From the IMG/VR virus record IMGVR_UViG_3300029305_004466: DNA of 64,000 bases; one strand, written 5' to 3'. Below, piece by piece: positions 41,963-52,042 of this stretch. A program made the translations under genes and the position numbers. Positions within the stretch are counted from its first letter, which is position 1; each line of letters begins with the position of its first letter. This stretch comes from a virus. Taxonomy: Duplodnaviria > Caudoviricetes. Under the pieces are notes generated by a model that was given only the letters and a program-made list of their open reading frames with translations, was not told the DNA's origin and made no database searches.

Positions 41963-42424
41963 ATGGAAACTGTAAAAGTTTCTGGTGCTGATTGCATCAA
42001 TGTAACCGTAACACCAATTGACGCTACTGCTGATACTCCTGTTGTAGAGGCTAAGGTAGAAGTTAATGATGAATTTCTTAATAAGTTCAGTGATGAACCA
42101 TTAACTGAAGACCCAGCAAAAGCTAAGAGAAAATTAAAGAACCTTATTAAGTTTCTCAAGTCTGATAAATTTGAAGACAGAGTTAATAGAGAGGCTTACA
42201 AGAGAGGCATTCCACCAAAACAGGTTGCTACTAATGCTATCTCCAAAGCCTTCGGCATCGTTGGCGATATCTTAGGTATTGCAGTTGATACTGTAAACCA
42301 TACTCTTAATGGGCTTATCACAATGTTAACAGATATTTTGCACGGTACTGTTAATATGATTACAAGAGCAGTAAATGCTTTATGTAGAATTCTCACTTTT
42401 AATCAGAGTGCTGTATGTGCATAA
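41963..42424 (+). CDS. Hypothetical protein
   Basis: 153 aa with strong RBS. Confidence 0.55.
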   Translation: METVKVSGADCINVTVTPIDATADTPVVEAKVEVNDEFLNKFSDEPLTEDPAKAKRKLKNLIKFLKSDKFEDRVNREAYKRGIPPKQVATNAISKAFGIVGDILGIAVDTVNHTLNGLITMLTDILHGTVNMITRAVNALCRILTFNQSAVCA

Positions 42425-42569
42425 CAACTAACGGCTCCCGTTCGGGAGCCTAATAGTAACTTTAAGTGCTCCCATTCGGGAGCTTAGTAGAAAATCAAAA
42501 CACTTTATTTTTGTGGGCTAACCCTTCCACAATAAATAACTAGGGTACGCATAAGGAGGCGTAATAATT

Positions 42570-43289
42570 ATGTTTAGAAGTAATGCAGAAGTTAGAACAG
42601 TATGGGTTAAGGATTTGGTTACAGAAAAGCGTCAGGGACCAAACGGTGAGTTTGATGCGAAGAGCATTTTATTCCGTGTTGCATCCAATCGTAACTATAC
42701 CCGTACAGTACTTAAGGACGGTCAGCAGGTTGAAGAGTATCCTACAGACTTTATCCTTTGCCGTGCTAACGGTAAGACAGCGGAAGTTATCGCTAACAAC
42801 TGTAAGGCAGTTGATGAGACAGGCAAGCCTATCAGCCGTCACTTAAATATTTACGGTCACATTGAAACTTTCGTACAGGACAGAACCTTTAAGGTTGAAA
42901 ATCTTCCTGTTGGTATCAATGGTCAGACCTACAATCTTACATTTGATACTACTCAGAAAGTTGACGGACACATCTTTATCGTTGATGAAGTTGAGTTCCT
43001 TGACCCTAAGCCACAGCCAAAGGTTGTCGCTAGTAACGGTGCTACAGTAAGCAATGTTCAGGTTCAGCCTGCTAATGTTGCTACTACTACCGCTACCGAT
43101 AACGCTAATGTTGCTGTAAATGCACAGCCAGCACAGGTTGCTGTTCAGCCTCAGGCTACAGAACAGACAACAACAGTTGCTTCACAGCCAGCACAGCCTC
43201 AGGCTACAGTTGCTCAGACTGTTGTTGCTGGTATGATGAACCCACCTACAGTTCCAGAGGGTTATACTGGAGAACATTGTGCGTGGTAA
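42570..43289 (+). CDS. ssb: Single-stranded DNA-binding protein (OB-fold)
   Basis: FRVASNRNY...TDFILCRANGKTAEVI...IYGHIET...IVDEVEFLD; Q/A/P-rich linker tail. Confidence 0.75.
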   Translation: MFRSNAEVRTVWVKDLVTEKRQGPNGEFDAKSILFRVASNRNYTRTVLKDGQQVEEYPTDFILCRANGKTAEVIANNCKAVDETGKPISRHLNIYGHIETFVQDRTFKVENLPVGINGQTYNLTFDTTQKVDGHIFIVDEVEFLDPKPQPKVVASNGATVSNVQVQPANVATTTATDNANVAVNAQPAQVAVQPQATEQTTTVASQPAQPQATVAQTVVAGMMNPPTVPEGYTGEHCAW

Positions 43290-43377
43290 TACCTTTAATG
43301 TAGTGTAAGATTTTGTTGCTTTTTCCTTCCAGTCGGGTTATACTTTATGTATAATACCGACTGGAAGGAGATTTTCT

Positions 43378-43935
43378 ATGAAAGAGGAAAGTAAAATGTT
43401 AGATATGAATCTGGAACAGACATTACTGGAAGACGAACACTTCAAGGAGGGTGCTAATGAATATGAAAGAATCATGGAGCAATCCATGGTAATTTCAGAG
43501 GAAATTACATCAGCACTTATAAAGGAGATTGTAAAGACAACCGAAACCGGAGAGAAGGCTAATACACTTACTCTTACAACAGCTATCGCTGCTACGGCAA
43601 AGACGCTTATTAACCTTGTATCTTATGTGTATGAAACAGAAGATGAGTTAAAAGACATTGTTCTTAAATCAAGAGAGGCAGTTGTTAATACTGTTATCCC
43701 AGCATTACTTAATCCACAGCCATGTGGTGAATGTCCAGAATGTAAGAATGGACAGCCATGTTCTAATCCTAATATGGATACAGAACTGTTGCAGACAAAA
43801 TCTCTCCCTGTTCTTTGTGCCGAAATCTTAGAATATGATTTATGGAACAAGACCATGTATATGTATACACAGGGAAGAGAATTATTAAGTCAAGACGGCT
43901 CCGGAGACAAGGCTCAGGAAGAAGGTGAGGCATAA
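43378..43935 (+). CDS. Hypothetical protein with Cys cluster
   Basis: PCGECPECKNGQPC. Confidence 0.55.
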   Translation: MKEESKMLDMNLEQTLLEDEHFKEGANEYERIMEQSMVISEEITSALIKEIVKTTETGEKANTLTLTTAIAATAKTLINLVSYVYETEDELKDIVLKSREAVVNTVIPALLNPQPCGECPECKNGQPCSNPNMDTELLQTKSLPVLCAEILEYDLWNKTMYMYTQGRELLSQDGSGDKAQEEGEA

Positions 43936-44402
43936 TGCTTACAGAAAGAATTTCAAATCAGTTAAACATAATGCCAGAGAAGTTTTACTTTGACACTTTA
44001 AGACCTTCGTTATACAAGGTTTTAGAAGTTATTAAATTTGACCCAATCCTTGTCAGCACATCTGAAGAAGTAATGAACAAAGCAGACGGTTATGCTGTTC
44101 GTAAAGAGTATAGCAATTTAAAAACAGTATTAGTTCCGTTATCCAATGTTATTTTAGGCAAGAACTATTTCAAAACAGATGCATTTGTTCGTGCAGACGA
44201 AGAAGAAAAAGCTCTTGTCCGTAAGTTATCCAAAGATATGCAGGATATACTTACAATACTTACTTGTACTGAAGAACCTGCTAAAAAAGAAGGTAAAGCA
44301 TCCAGAGAAAGATTAGGATATGACAGTACAAGAAAAGAAAACGTTGTTAAGGATTCTTACAAAGAACCAAAACAAAAGCCGAGAATACCAAATTATAATT
44401 AA
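43935..44402 (+). CDS. Hypothetical protein
   Basis: 155 aa, translationally coupled. Confidence 0.55.
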   Translation: MLTERISNQLNIMPEKFYFDTLRPSLYKVLEVIKFDPILVSTSEEVMNKADGYAVRKEYSNLKTVLVPLSNVILGKNYFKTDAFVRADEEEKALVRKLSKDMQDILTILTCTEEPAKKEGKASRERLGYDSTRKENVVKDSYKEPKQKPRIPNYN

Positions 44403-44421
44403 ATAAAAAGGAGACTTTATC

Positions 44422-45213
44422 ATGGATGGAATGCCAATTTTTAATTCTATTGAAGATGTAAAGTCCTATCTCAGCAGCACTGATGCACAGCACAGTGCTG
44501 CTGTTATTATGGGCGAAAAAGGACCAATACCTATACCTTTCACAGTTCTTGTAGAGAAATTAGGTATCGACAAAGCCGCAGAGTTTATCTTTGAAACTCA
44601 TGACAAAGGAAAAGAACATGGAATTTCAAAAGAAGAATACTTTGCTATGAAAGAAAAAGCTTTGAAAGACCCAGAATCTCTTACCGAAGAAGAAAAACAG
44701 ATTTTTGTCGTTGCTCACAACATCTTTGAAGGTAAAGACCATCATTTTGATGTAATGAATGATGTTTTAGCTATTGTAACAAAAACCTTTATGGATTTAG
44801 ATTACATTGGTCATTATGGTTCTTTACTGGCTGTATTTTTAACTATGGCTGAAGGTTTGTTAATCACAAATTCCGAAAAGCTTTCTGGTTATCATGAAAA
44901 TCCGGCTATTTACAAAGAAGTGTTGGAAAGTGCAAAAGCTCAGATTAGTTTCCCAGAAGATATGGATGATGAACTTCTTTTGCTTGGTCTGCTTGAAATA
45001 ATCGGAGACCGCTTTATTGTAAAAGATTCTCCTGTATCAAGAAGGAAGAGCGATTACAAAAAGTTTGCAGAAAGACTTGAACTTAATTCAGACATCATTA
45101 ACGATACCTTTTTAGGTAATGAAGAGAATTTTGAAAAAGAAAACCTTTCTGAAACTTCCGAAGAAAAAAGTAAAGTTATTGATGTTAGAAGTCGCATGAA
45201 GGGCTTAAGTTAA
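44422..45213 (+). CDS. Hypothetical protein
   Basis: 263 aa with AAGGAG RBS. Confidence 0.55.
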   Translation: MDGMPIFNSIEDVKSYLSSTDAQHSAAVIMGEKGPIPIPFTVLVEKLGIDKAAEFIFETHDKGKEHGISKEEYFAMKEKALKDPESLTEEEKQIFVVAHNIFEGKDHHFDVMNDVLAIVTKTFMDLDYIGHYGSLLAVFLTMAEGLLITNSEKLSGYHENPAIYKEVLESAKAQISFPEDMDDELLLLGLLEIIGDRFIVKDSPVSRRKSDYKKFAERLELNSDIINDTFLGNEENFEKENLSETSEEKSKVIDVRSRMKGLS

Positions 45214-45291
45214 TTCTTAAGCCCCTTCGGGGCTTTAATAGTATTTTTATTTTCTTTTAGTCCCTTCGGGACTTTAATAGTATTTTGGGTG

Positions 45292-45320
45292 TTGACACAC
45301 TTTTCTTATTGTGGTAACAT
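45292..45320 (+). promoter_or_regulatory. Sigma-A promoter heading the ncRNA/tRNA island
   Basis: TTGACA-17 bp-(TG)TAACAT. Confidence 0.7.
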
Positions 45321-45336
45321 TCCAATAACAAAATGT

Positions 45337-46004
45337 TACATATTGTATGTTAAGAAACATACATGAATAACCATGTGCATAAGATATCTAATCAATATCG
45401 TCATGGATAAGCCGTATGATAGAGAGAATCATGTGACTGATAGGTTGCATAGATGCTCCTTGTATTAGTAGTAATGTTAATACAGAAGAGGGGAACCCCT
45501 CAACATCAAGGTTTAGTGTATGTTTATACTGTTTGTTAGTGCAGAATGCTTTTGGCAGGAGCAATAGACGCTTACCCGAAAGGTAAGAAGAATCCATTAA
45601 AGCGGTAGCCTGAGAAACTATCACACCTAATGGAACTCTCAAACAATCCTGTTTGTCGTGAATGGAAGAAATTCCAGTATAACAAAAGCATCGCTGGTAG
45701 TAGCCCAAGACAATAAAAGATTTTATTTAATGAAAAAGTGAATCATATAAATAAAAACATTCTGAATGATGGGTGAGGCTTGGAGGTATCAGTCCTCTAT
45801 GAGTTTAAGGTTATAGCTAAGTATGACGAGTATGAGATGCCCTTCGAGGAGCATGTGATACCGCATGGCTGGTTGGCTAGGGTAAGAAGCTTACAGATGA
45901 CGATTTGTAGGTTCAGACTTATTCTCTCATTCGCATAATAAGCATAAGGTATAAACAATAGGATGAAGGTCCATTCTTGTATGTTTCTTAGGGTACAATA
46001 TGTA
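45337..46004 (+). ncRNA. Large ornate structured RNA (~670 nt; ROOL/GOLLD-like candidate)
   Basis: No credible ORF. 5' TACATATTGTA and TAAGAAACATACA (45337-45363) pair perfectly with 3' TGTATGTTTCTTA and TACAATATGTA (45978-46004). Follows a promoter and precedes the tRNA cluster. Confidence 0.7.
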
Positions 46005-46156
46005 CCTTGCGACTTTGAATTCGTGTTAAATGCGAGTTCCTTTCAAAGGTTTTTTCCAATAACATTCTAGTGTATAGACCTCTGTTTTCGGACATGTTCG
46101 CACACTGCTATTAGGGTTTTTGCATAGCTTAGGCTTTGGTAGCAGGAGAAAAACCT

Positions 46157-46228
<72 letters not shown>

Positions 46229-46543
46229 TTATCCTCTTAGTAACTTTGCAGAGTTATCTAAGAAAAAGACATAATTAAAGTCTTAGTAAAGTCCTGCAAG
46301 ACTGAAAAGACAATGACAACAACCTTGTGTCTTAGTGGTTCTAATTTGGTTGTAGATGTCAAAGGATTCTGTATCATGATGTGCTGACCTACCAATTTGT
46401 AGGGCTATGATGAGAAGTCTATAGTGGGACTCCTTCTCCAAGTCAGGCTATGTGCAGATGGTAAAAGAGTTGAACCTCACCTAACAGTTGCAGTTTGGCA
46501 GTTTGAATGGCAGCAGGGTGTTAATTAAGAAAAAACTGTCAAT

Positions 46544-46615
46544 GGCTCCTTGGTCAAGTGGTTAAGACATCGCCCTTTCACGGCGGTAACGCTGGTTCAA
46601 ACCCAGTAGGAGTCA
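46544..46615 (+). tRNA. tRNA-Glu(TTC)
   Basis: Cloverleaf; TCGCC-CT TTC AC-GGCGG. Confidence 0.92.
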
Positions 46616-46730
46616 TTTGGAGAAGAGGTAGGTAAGGTGGCAGGGATGGTTCCCATTGTGTTAGCAGTCGGTCAGAACGCTTTGACGGCAGTACCGCAGC
46701 TTAAAAATCAGTTTAGCTTCTCCAATACAT

Positions 46731-46804
46731 AGCGGGGTGGAGCAGTCCGGAAGCTCGTCAGGCTCATAACCTGAAGGTCGCAAGTTCAAATCTTGCCCCC
46801 GCCT
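46731..46804 (+). tRNA. tRNA-Met(CAT), initiator-like
   Basis: Cloverleaf; unpaired 1:72 (A-C); TCAGG-CT CAT AA-CCTGA. Confidence 0.88.
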
Positions 46805-46881
46805 CTGTAAGTTAATCCATTGACTTACACCTCACCTTATACCGCAGGCGTTCTTTGTAGCTTTCTCCTGCGGTATATAAT

Positions 46882-46967
46882 GGTAAGATGTCCGAGTGGC
46901 TTAAGGAGCTGGTCTTGAAAACCAGTGATGCGTAACTGCACCGTGAGTTCGAATCTCACTCTTACCG
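46882..46967 (+). tRNA. tRNA-Ser(TGA)
   Basis: Cloverleaf with long variable arm; CTGGT-CT TGA AA-ACCAG. Confidence 0.92.
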
Positions 46968-47182
46968 TTCTAAGTTCGAAAGGTCTTAGTTAAAAAACCT
47001 TAAACGTAAGGATTACAGAGGGCTATGGGTTGACGACCATAGAGCTTACGTTGTGAGAAAACCACAGGTGGCTAATCTGCTTTGTTCTATTAGCATGGAA
47101 AAATAGGAGAGTTAATTGAGCAATTTGTCTCACACAATATTGCTTAGGGCGGCAACCTCATGTCAAAGAAATAGCCAAACAC

Positions 47183-47268
47183 GGAGATTTACTCAAGTGG
47201 TTGAAGAGGAGGACTTGCTAAGTCTTTAGTATCGTAAGGTAGCGAAGGTTCGAATCCTTCAATCTCCG
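47183..47268 (+). tRNA. tRNA-Ser(GCT)
   Basis: Cloverleaf with long variable arm; AGGAC-TT GCT AA-GTCTT. Confidence 0.9.
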
Positions 47269-47514
47269 CTGAGCTGAGGTGCTAGAACTCAACTCTATGT
47301 AATAGACACACCTGTAAAAGATGTTTTGAGATTTAAGACTTCTTTTTGAAAGAAGCCACTGAATCAAAGTACATATCTACCTTGACCAGCTAGGTACGAC
47401 ATCAGTAGGAGGAAGTTACATAGATATGTTGGCAGTACGAAGAACTGTCTGCTTGGAAAATGAAGAATGATGGTCATTCCCGTTTCTACCATTTCTGTAC
47501 GTTAACAGAATTAA

Positions 47515-47588
47515 CGAGATGTAGGTCAGCTTGGTAGACCGCTTGATTTGGGTTCAAGAAGTCGCACGTTCGAATCGTGTCATCTCGA
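47515..47588 (+). tRNA. tRNA-Pro(TGG)
   Basis: Cloverleaf; CTTGA-TT TGG GT-TCAAG. Confidence 0.9.
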
Positions 47589-47664
47589 CTAGCCAGAACA
47601 GAAGACATTTCGAGTTCGGCAAGAAAAAACTACATAGTCTTCATTAAGAAAGGAGGAATGGTAT

Positions 47665-47868
47665 ATGATTATTATTGTTGGCGGATTGCTGTGTTGTATG
47701 CTGTTCTTCCTTGAAGAACGTGTAGGCACAATTACTATTATGAATGGAGTGCCAGAGATTAGTCTAACAGCGGTTAAGTGGCTTTTGAGGTTTAGTCACA
47801 TAAATTCTAACTACTGGCATCCTGAGCCCAGAGTGCTCACGACAGCTTTTGTAGGCGGATTTATATGA
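47665..47868 (+). CDS. Small hydrophobic protein
   Basis: AAGGAGG RBS; 67 aa inside the tRNA island. Confidence 0.4.
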   Translation: MIIIVGGLLCCMLFFLEERVGTITIMNGVPEISLTAVKWLLRFSHINSNYWHPEPRVLTTAFVGGFI

Positions 47869-48182
47869 ATAATGACCTCAAAGAAACCTACTACATTGTT
47901 GAAGTGAGCGTTTAATTATAGAATATAGAATATAAACTAAATTAACAGTCAACACCGACATTATGGCAGTGTCACAGTGAAGAAGGAAAACTTATAAAAC
48001 CCGTTAAGATATTAATCCCCACATATGATAAATTAGGGATTGTTCACTTAAATGGTTAGAAAGAAAGAATAAAATATGTTGACAAAGAGAGACGGCTTAA
48101 TGCCATTAAGCCATAGAACGAATAGAATGAATATTATGTAAACCGCCCCGGTCCCGGTTATGATGTCGGGGCGGTATTTTTT

Positions 48183-48294
48183 GGGACGATAGTTTAATTG
48201 GAAAAATACTGGCATTAGCAATAGCCCGGGATTGCTAGAGACGGAGTTGGAACACCGTATCACCAGAGACAGGAGTTCAATTCTCCGAGTCCCA
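48183..48294 (+). ncRNA. tRNA-like RNA with anticodon loop replaced by two hairpins
   Basis: GGGAC/GTCCC acceptor stem, D-arm, GGAG-TTCAATT-CTCC T-arm; CTGG/CCAG stem encloses ~50 nt. Confidence 0.65.
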
Positions 48295-48610
48295 CTTTCT
48301 CTTTCTGGGTTCCTGAATAGGAGTAGGCACTCATAATGCTTAGAATTCCTTTGTAAGAGAATATTAAAACTTCCATTATTGATACTGAGTATATTGTAAA
48401 CCTTGTTAATTGATGGACGAGGAGCAATTGTTATCTTTATCAATACAAAACCGATTTGATTCGGATAGGTAAATTGCCGAGGCAAGGTAAGTTATTAGTT
48501 TTGGTAGTCTAATAATAAAGAAGATGTGCTAAGAACAAGGATGGCGGTTGCATGATTAGCCATGGACAATGATTATGCAATGAGGCAGCAAATCGGTCTT
48601 AGCGACCTAT

Positions 48611-48684
48611 GGACCTTTAGCTCAGTTGGTTAGAGCGTCCGGCTCATAACCGGATGGTCGTAGGTTCGAGCCCTACAAGGTCCA
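48611..48684 (+). tRNA. tRNA-Ile2/Met(CAT)
   Basis: GGACCTTTAGCTCAGTTGGTTAGAGC...CT CAT AA...; body resembles Firmicute lysidine tRNA-Ile2. Confidence 0.88.
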
Positions 48685-48890
48685 CTATACCGAGGGATGG
48701 TAGACTGATATAACAGTGGATGACAGCAAAGTTTCGTCTGTCGAAGGGATAGGGGCAATACATGTTACCGCCTATCGTGTAGGTATAATATTACAAAGTG
48801 TATTCGAATGAGTATTCTGTTTAACGGAAGAAAGTCAATCTTAAATGTGAAATATCTATTGACGAGGATATAGTAACAGCTTTGTACTGT

Positions 48891-48960
48891 AGGACATTAG
48901 CTTAATGGTAAAGCACACGACTGATAATCGTGGTCAGCAGTTCGATTCTGTTATGTTCTA
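48891..48960 (+). tRNA. tRNA-Ile(GAT)
   Basis: CACGA-CT GAT AA-TCGTG; short variable loop. Confidence 0.8.
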
Positions 48961-49108
48961 TTCGGTGAAAAGCTGATAGATTACTGTCGATAGGGAGGCA
49001 GTTGCCCAGTGAAGGTAGCCGCCAGCTAACGCAGAGTAAATATGAGTATGGAGAACAAGTCCCCTATGATTTGCCATAAGCATACGAAATGGTTAGCTGG
49101 ATTAACCT

Positions 49109-49201
49109 CGGAGAGTAGCTCAGTGGGCAGAGCTTCTTGCTTAGAATGGGTAACTGCAAGTGAAATCCCGTTGGTCATGAGTTCGAATCTCATCTCTCCG
49201 T
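49109..49201 (+). ncRNA. tRNA-like RNA with pseudoknot in place of the anticodon arm
   Basis: CGGAGAG/CTCTCCG acceptor, GCTC/GAGC D-arm, ATGAG-TTCGAAT-CTCAT T-arm; middle CTTGC/GCAAG stem whose loop AATGGG can pair with CCCGTT. Confidence 0.7.
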
Positions 49202-49323
49202 CTTTGTAAAGGTAAGTTATGGATGCATAATACTAGGATGAAAGGACTTAACTTTAAATGTCAATCTTCAAAACAGTAAGCGACAGCCTTTACAAAATTG
49301 TATCTTGAAAGGAACATATTTTT

Positions 49324-49548
49324 ATGAATGTTGCATTTGCATCAAAAATTGCTAATCTTATTAAAACTGGTCATTATTGGTCATATGCACATATTGCTGA
49401 AGAGTTGCATATAAATAAAAACACAGTAGCTCGTATTGGGAAAATTTATAAAGATGCCCGATGGAGCATTTATAGTGTTGACCAATTAGCACAGAAGCAT
49501 CACGTTAGCAAAAATGTTATTCGGGCTATTCGTGGTACTAAAGTCTGA
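49324..49548 (+). CDS. Small tandem-HTH DNA-binding protein
   Basis: SYAHIAEELHINKNTVARI and SVDQLAQKHHVSKNVIRAI. Confidence 0.65.
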   Translation: MNVAFASKIANLIKTGHYWSYAHIAEELHINKNTVARIGKIYKDARWSIYSVDQLAQKHHVSKNVIRAIRGTKV

Positions 49549-49552
49549 AAAA

Positions 49553-49631
49553 GTGACACATAATTATTCACAAAAGGGTGAATAACTAATGTTTATTAGT
49601 TTGAAACGGGTTCAAATCCTGATGTGTCACC
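49553..49631 (+). ncRNA. Degenerate tRNA-like RNA
   Basis: GTGACACA/TGTGTCAC terminal stem and CGGG-TTCAAAT-CCTG T-arm; non-canonical D and anticodon hairpins. Confidence 0.45.
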
Positions 49632-50158
49632 TCAAGGGGCGATATATGAAAAAAGGTTTACTAAATCGCAAAGGGGCGGTTTTACTGCGGTAATAACTTT
49701 AATCATAATCACAGCTCCCGTGGGATAGATGGCTAAGGGATAGCTAAATCCCAATAGCAGGTTCCAATCGCAAGTTGTCCTGCCAAAAACCAAAAGGTTA
49801 TTGTGATAAGTATCATTTGTATGGAAACATACATGTGAGAAAAAACATCAGTGCTTGACATGCCAAAATACAAGCTGAATGAAGGTTGGTAAATGTATAC
49901 GCCAAAATACATAAGAGGTATATAAATATTAAAATAAATTGGATAATATTCATGATAAAACCGATTTAATATGTGAATTAACACAAGCAGTATATGTACC
50001 CGTTTGTCCAGTGAAGAATGAAGTATGTAACAAGTTGCATATACCATTGGATAGATTCAACCTTCAAGGTTGCCGTGAGACAAAAAGTAGGTATTTAGTA
50101 TGCAAAAGATATCAATGGCACGATAAATGAGTGAAATTCTCATCACTGATGTCAACTT

Positions 50159-50266
50159 GGAGAATTAGCTCAGTTGGCTAGAGCCCTACGAGGAGTTTCG
50201 ATTGGGTGAGCAATATGCTCCTAGACACCAGAAGAAACAGCCCCAGTTCGAATCTGGGATTCTCCA
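50159..50266 (+). ncRNA. tRNA-like RNA with expanded anticodon region
   Basis: GGAGAAT/ATTCTCC acceptor, GCTC-AGTTGGCTA-GAGC D-arm, CCCAG-TTCGAAT-CTGGG T-arm; AGGAG/CTCCT stem with loop GGTG able to pair with downstream CACC. Confidence 0.7.
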
Positions 50267-50631
50267 ATATGACGTTTTAGGGTTTGGGCTCTTACGTAGA
50301 GTTGTTGTCAAATACCCTCATCGCTTCTTATCAGGCGGAAAGAAAACGGGACAACAAGTAGAGGGGGCTGATAATCTCTTCGAAAGTACCGAATATCATT
50401 GATTCTAACAATTGCTAATGTTGCATGAAGCGTGTGCTTCTCTAGCTTCCAACTAGGGCTTAGCCGCTTATAGAATCACAAATGAATGAGTGTGGAAAAC
50501 TCAGGTAGGTGTAACCCCTACTATTCGGTTTGGAAGCATATACCCATTGTGCTTCTTGCCATTATGTGTAAGCCTTTTTTCGGCTAAAGAGAAGGAAACT
50601 CTTAAAAACCAAATTATAGCATTATACATCA

Positions 50632-50661
50632 TTGACACATTTTGTTGCAGTGGTGTATAAT
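50632..50661 (+). promoter_or_regulatory. Sigma-A promoter embedded in a long inverted repeat
   Basis: TTGACA-18 bp-TATAAT within TAGCATTATACATCATTG...CAGTGGTGTATAATGCTA. Confidence 0.55.
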
Positions 50662-50971
50662 GCTATTAGTTTTTATGGGAAGGAAACCCTATAATAAACC
50701 GTTAAGAAATTTTCATGTGGATATTTAAAACAAGAGCATGAAGGAGTCGGCATGGTAGCGAAAAAAGCCGAAAGCCTGTCTAATTTCACTTAAATGAAAG
50801 AAAGAAAAGACGAAAGGAAACCTCTACCAATCCCAGTCTAATATTTTGCAAAGGTATAAACTGAACCTGTTATCTATATATCCTAACATCTATACATTAG
50901 GTTTAAGTCGGGCCTGCATTAAAGTAGTCATTAAGTATAGAAATGTTTAAAACTACTGTATTGGACAACTT

Positions 50972-51102
50972 GCCGGAATATGCAAGCGGGTTGCAAGCAG
51001 CTATTTTTTAATAGTGAGTGAAACACATGAGTATAACTTGTGCTGTGACTGTCCTATGTGGGAGTAGGACATTAAAAGGGAGTTCGAATCTTCTATCCGG
51101 CA
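50972..51102 (+). ncRNA. tRNA(Leu-body)-like RNA with giant variable region
   Basis: GCCGGA/TCCGGC acceptor and GGGAG-TTCGAAT-CTTCT T-arm; no 7-nt anticodon loop; two extra hairpins. Confidence 0.6.
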
Positions 51103-51136
51103 CTTACATAATCTTATGGAAAGGAGAAAAATCACT

Positions 51137-51415
51137 ATGAACAAGACTGAATTAGTTAAGGTTATTGCTGATACTCAGGGTATTGCAGTGAAAGATGCTG
51201 AAAAGGCTATTAATGGCTTCATGGAAGTTGTTAAGACCGAAGTAGCAAAAGGCAATCCTGTACAGTTAGTTGGTTTTGGTACATTTACTGTAAGTAAACG
51301 TGCTGAAAAGACTGGTATCAATCCTCAGACTAAGGAAAAGATGGTTATTCCTGCTTGCAATGCACCTAAATTCAAAGCTGGCGAAAAGTTTAAGCAGATG
51401 GTTAAAGAAGCATAA
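51137..51415 (+). CDS. hup: HU family DNA-binding protein
   Basis: MNKTELV...VQLVGFGTFTVSKRAEKTGINPQTKEKMVIPA...PKFKAG. Confidence 0.95.
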   Translation: MNKTELVKVIADTQGIAVKDAEKAINGFMEVVKTEVAKGNPVQLVGFGTFTVSKRAEKTGINPQTKEKMVIPACNAPKFKAGEKFKQMVKEA

Positions 51416-51493
51416 TTTCCGGTAGTTAGCGGTGGACGTTTTTACTTTTCTATTTTCATCATCGCTTTATAAAACAAGGACAAGATAGATAGT

Positions 51494-51570
51494 TGTATGT
51501 GTAAGCTCAGTTGGGAGAGCTGGGGCGGAGAACCCGCCTTGTGCGAAGGTTCGAGTCCTTCCATGTGCAA
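51494..51570 (+). ncRNA. Pseudo-tRNA / tRNA-like RNA (GAA in loop, no U33)
   Basis: D-arm GCTC-AGTTGGGA-GAGC and T-arm GAAGG-TTCGAGT-CCTTC; anticodon arm GGGCG-GAGAACC-CGCCT is non-canonical. Confidence 0.55.
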
Positions 51571-51697
51571 TATTAGCCACTGGTATTATTTTAAATGTAA
51601 CCTAATAACCATTTTAAAAATCTTTGGTAGGCTACATAATCACACCTAACCACAATACTTAATGCCAGTGGTTACTTAAAAAAGGAGGAATTCAAAA

Positions 51698-51856
51698 ATG
51701 AACAGAAACAGAAAGTTAAGCACAGCTACCTATGGACCAAGACACGTACAGCCACACAACCCTTATTCTATGGCTACAAAGTCAGGTATGAAGAAGATGC
51801 ACACAGATAAGACTCGTGGCGGTAATCCTGATGGTAGAGCAAACAGAGATATGTAA
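51698..51856 (+). CDS. Small basic protein (52 aa)
   Basis: AAAGGAGG RBS; MNRNRKLSTATYGPRHVQPHNPYSM...; below the ORF-track cutoff. Confidence 0.55.
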   Translation: MNRNRKLSTATYGPRHVQPHNPYSMATKSGMKKMHTDKTRGGNPDGRANRDM

Positions 51857-51884
51857 TTACATAGCAGGTCTATGACCTGCAAAT

Positions 51885-51957
51885 GGGTCACTAGCTCAGT
51901 AGGTAGAGCACTAGACTTTTAATCTAGGTGTCACGGGTTCGAACCCCGTGTGGCTCA
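51885..51957 (+). tRNA. tRNA-Lys(TTT)
   Basis: Cloverleaf; CTAGA-CT TTT AA-TCTAG. Confidence 0.92.
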
Positions 51958-52042
51958 CTAGCCCCTTCGGGGCATTAATAGTAACTATTAATAGACGGGT
52001 TTACCGTCTTTTTTATTGGTTTTACAGAAAGGAAAGAGTATA

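Noticed and set aside
48183-48294. tmRNA or bacterial Y RNA
   Set aside because: Too short and lacks a tag ORF for tmRNA; the acceptor stem is formed by the RNA ends, unlike the arrangement in YrlA-type Y RNAs.
50972-51102. Ochre suppressor tRNA (TTA) / stop-codon recoding
   Set aside because: The loop is not a canonical 7-nt anticodon loop, and long genes translate intact in the standard code.
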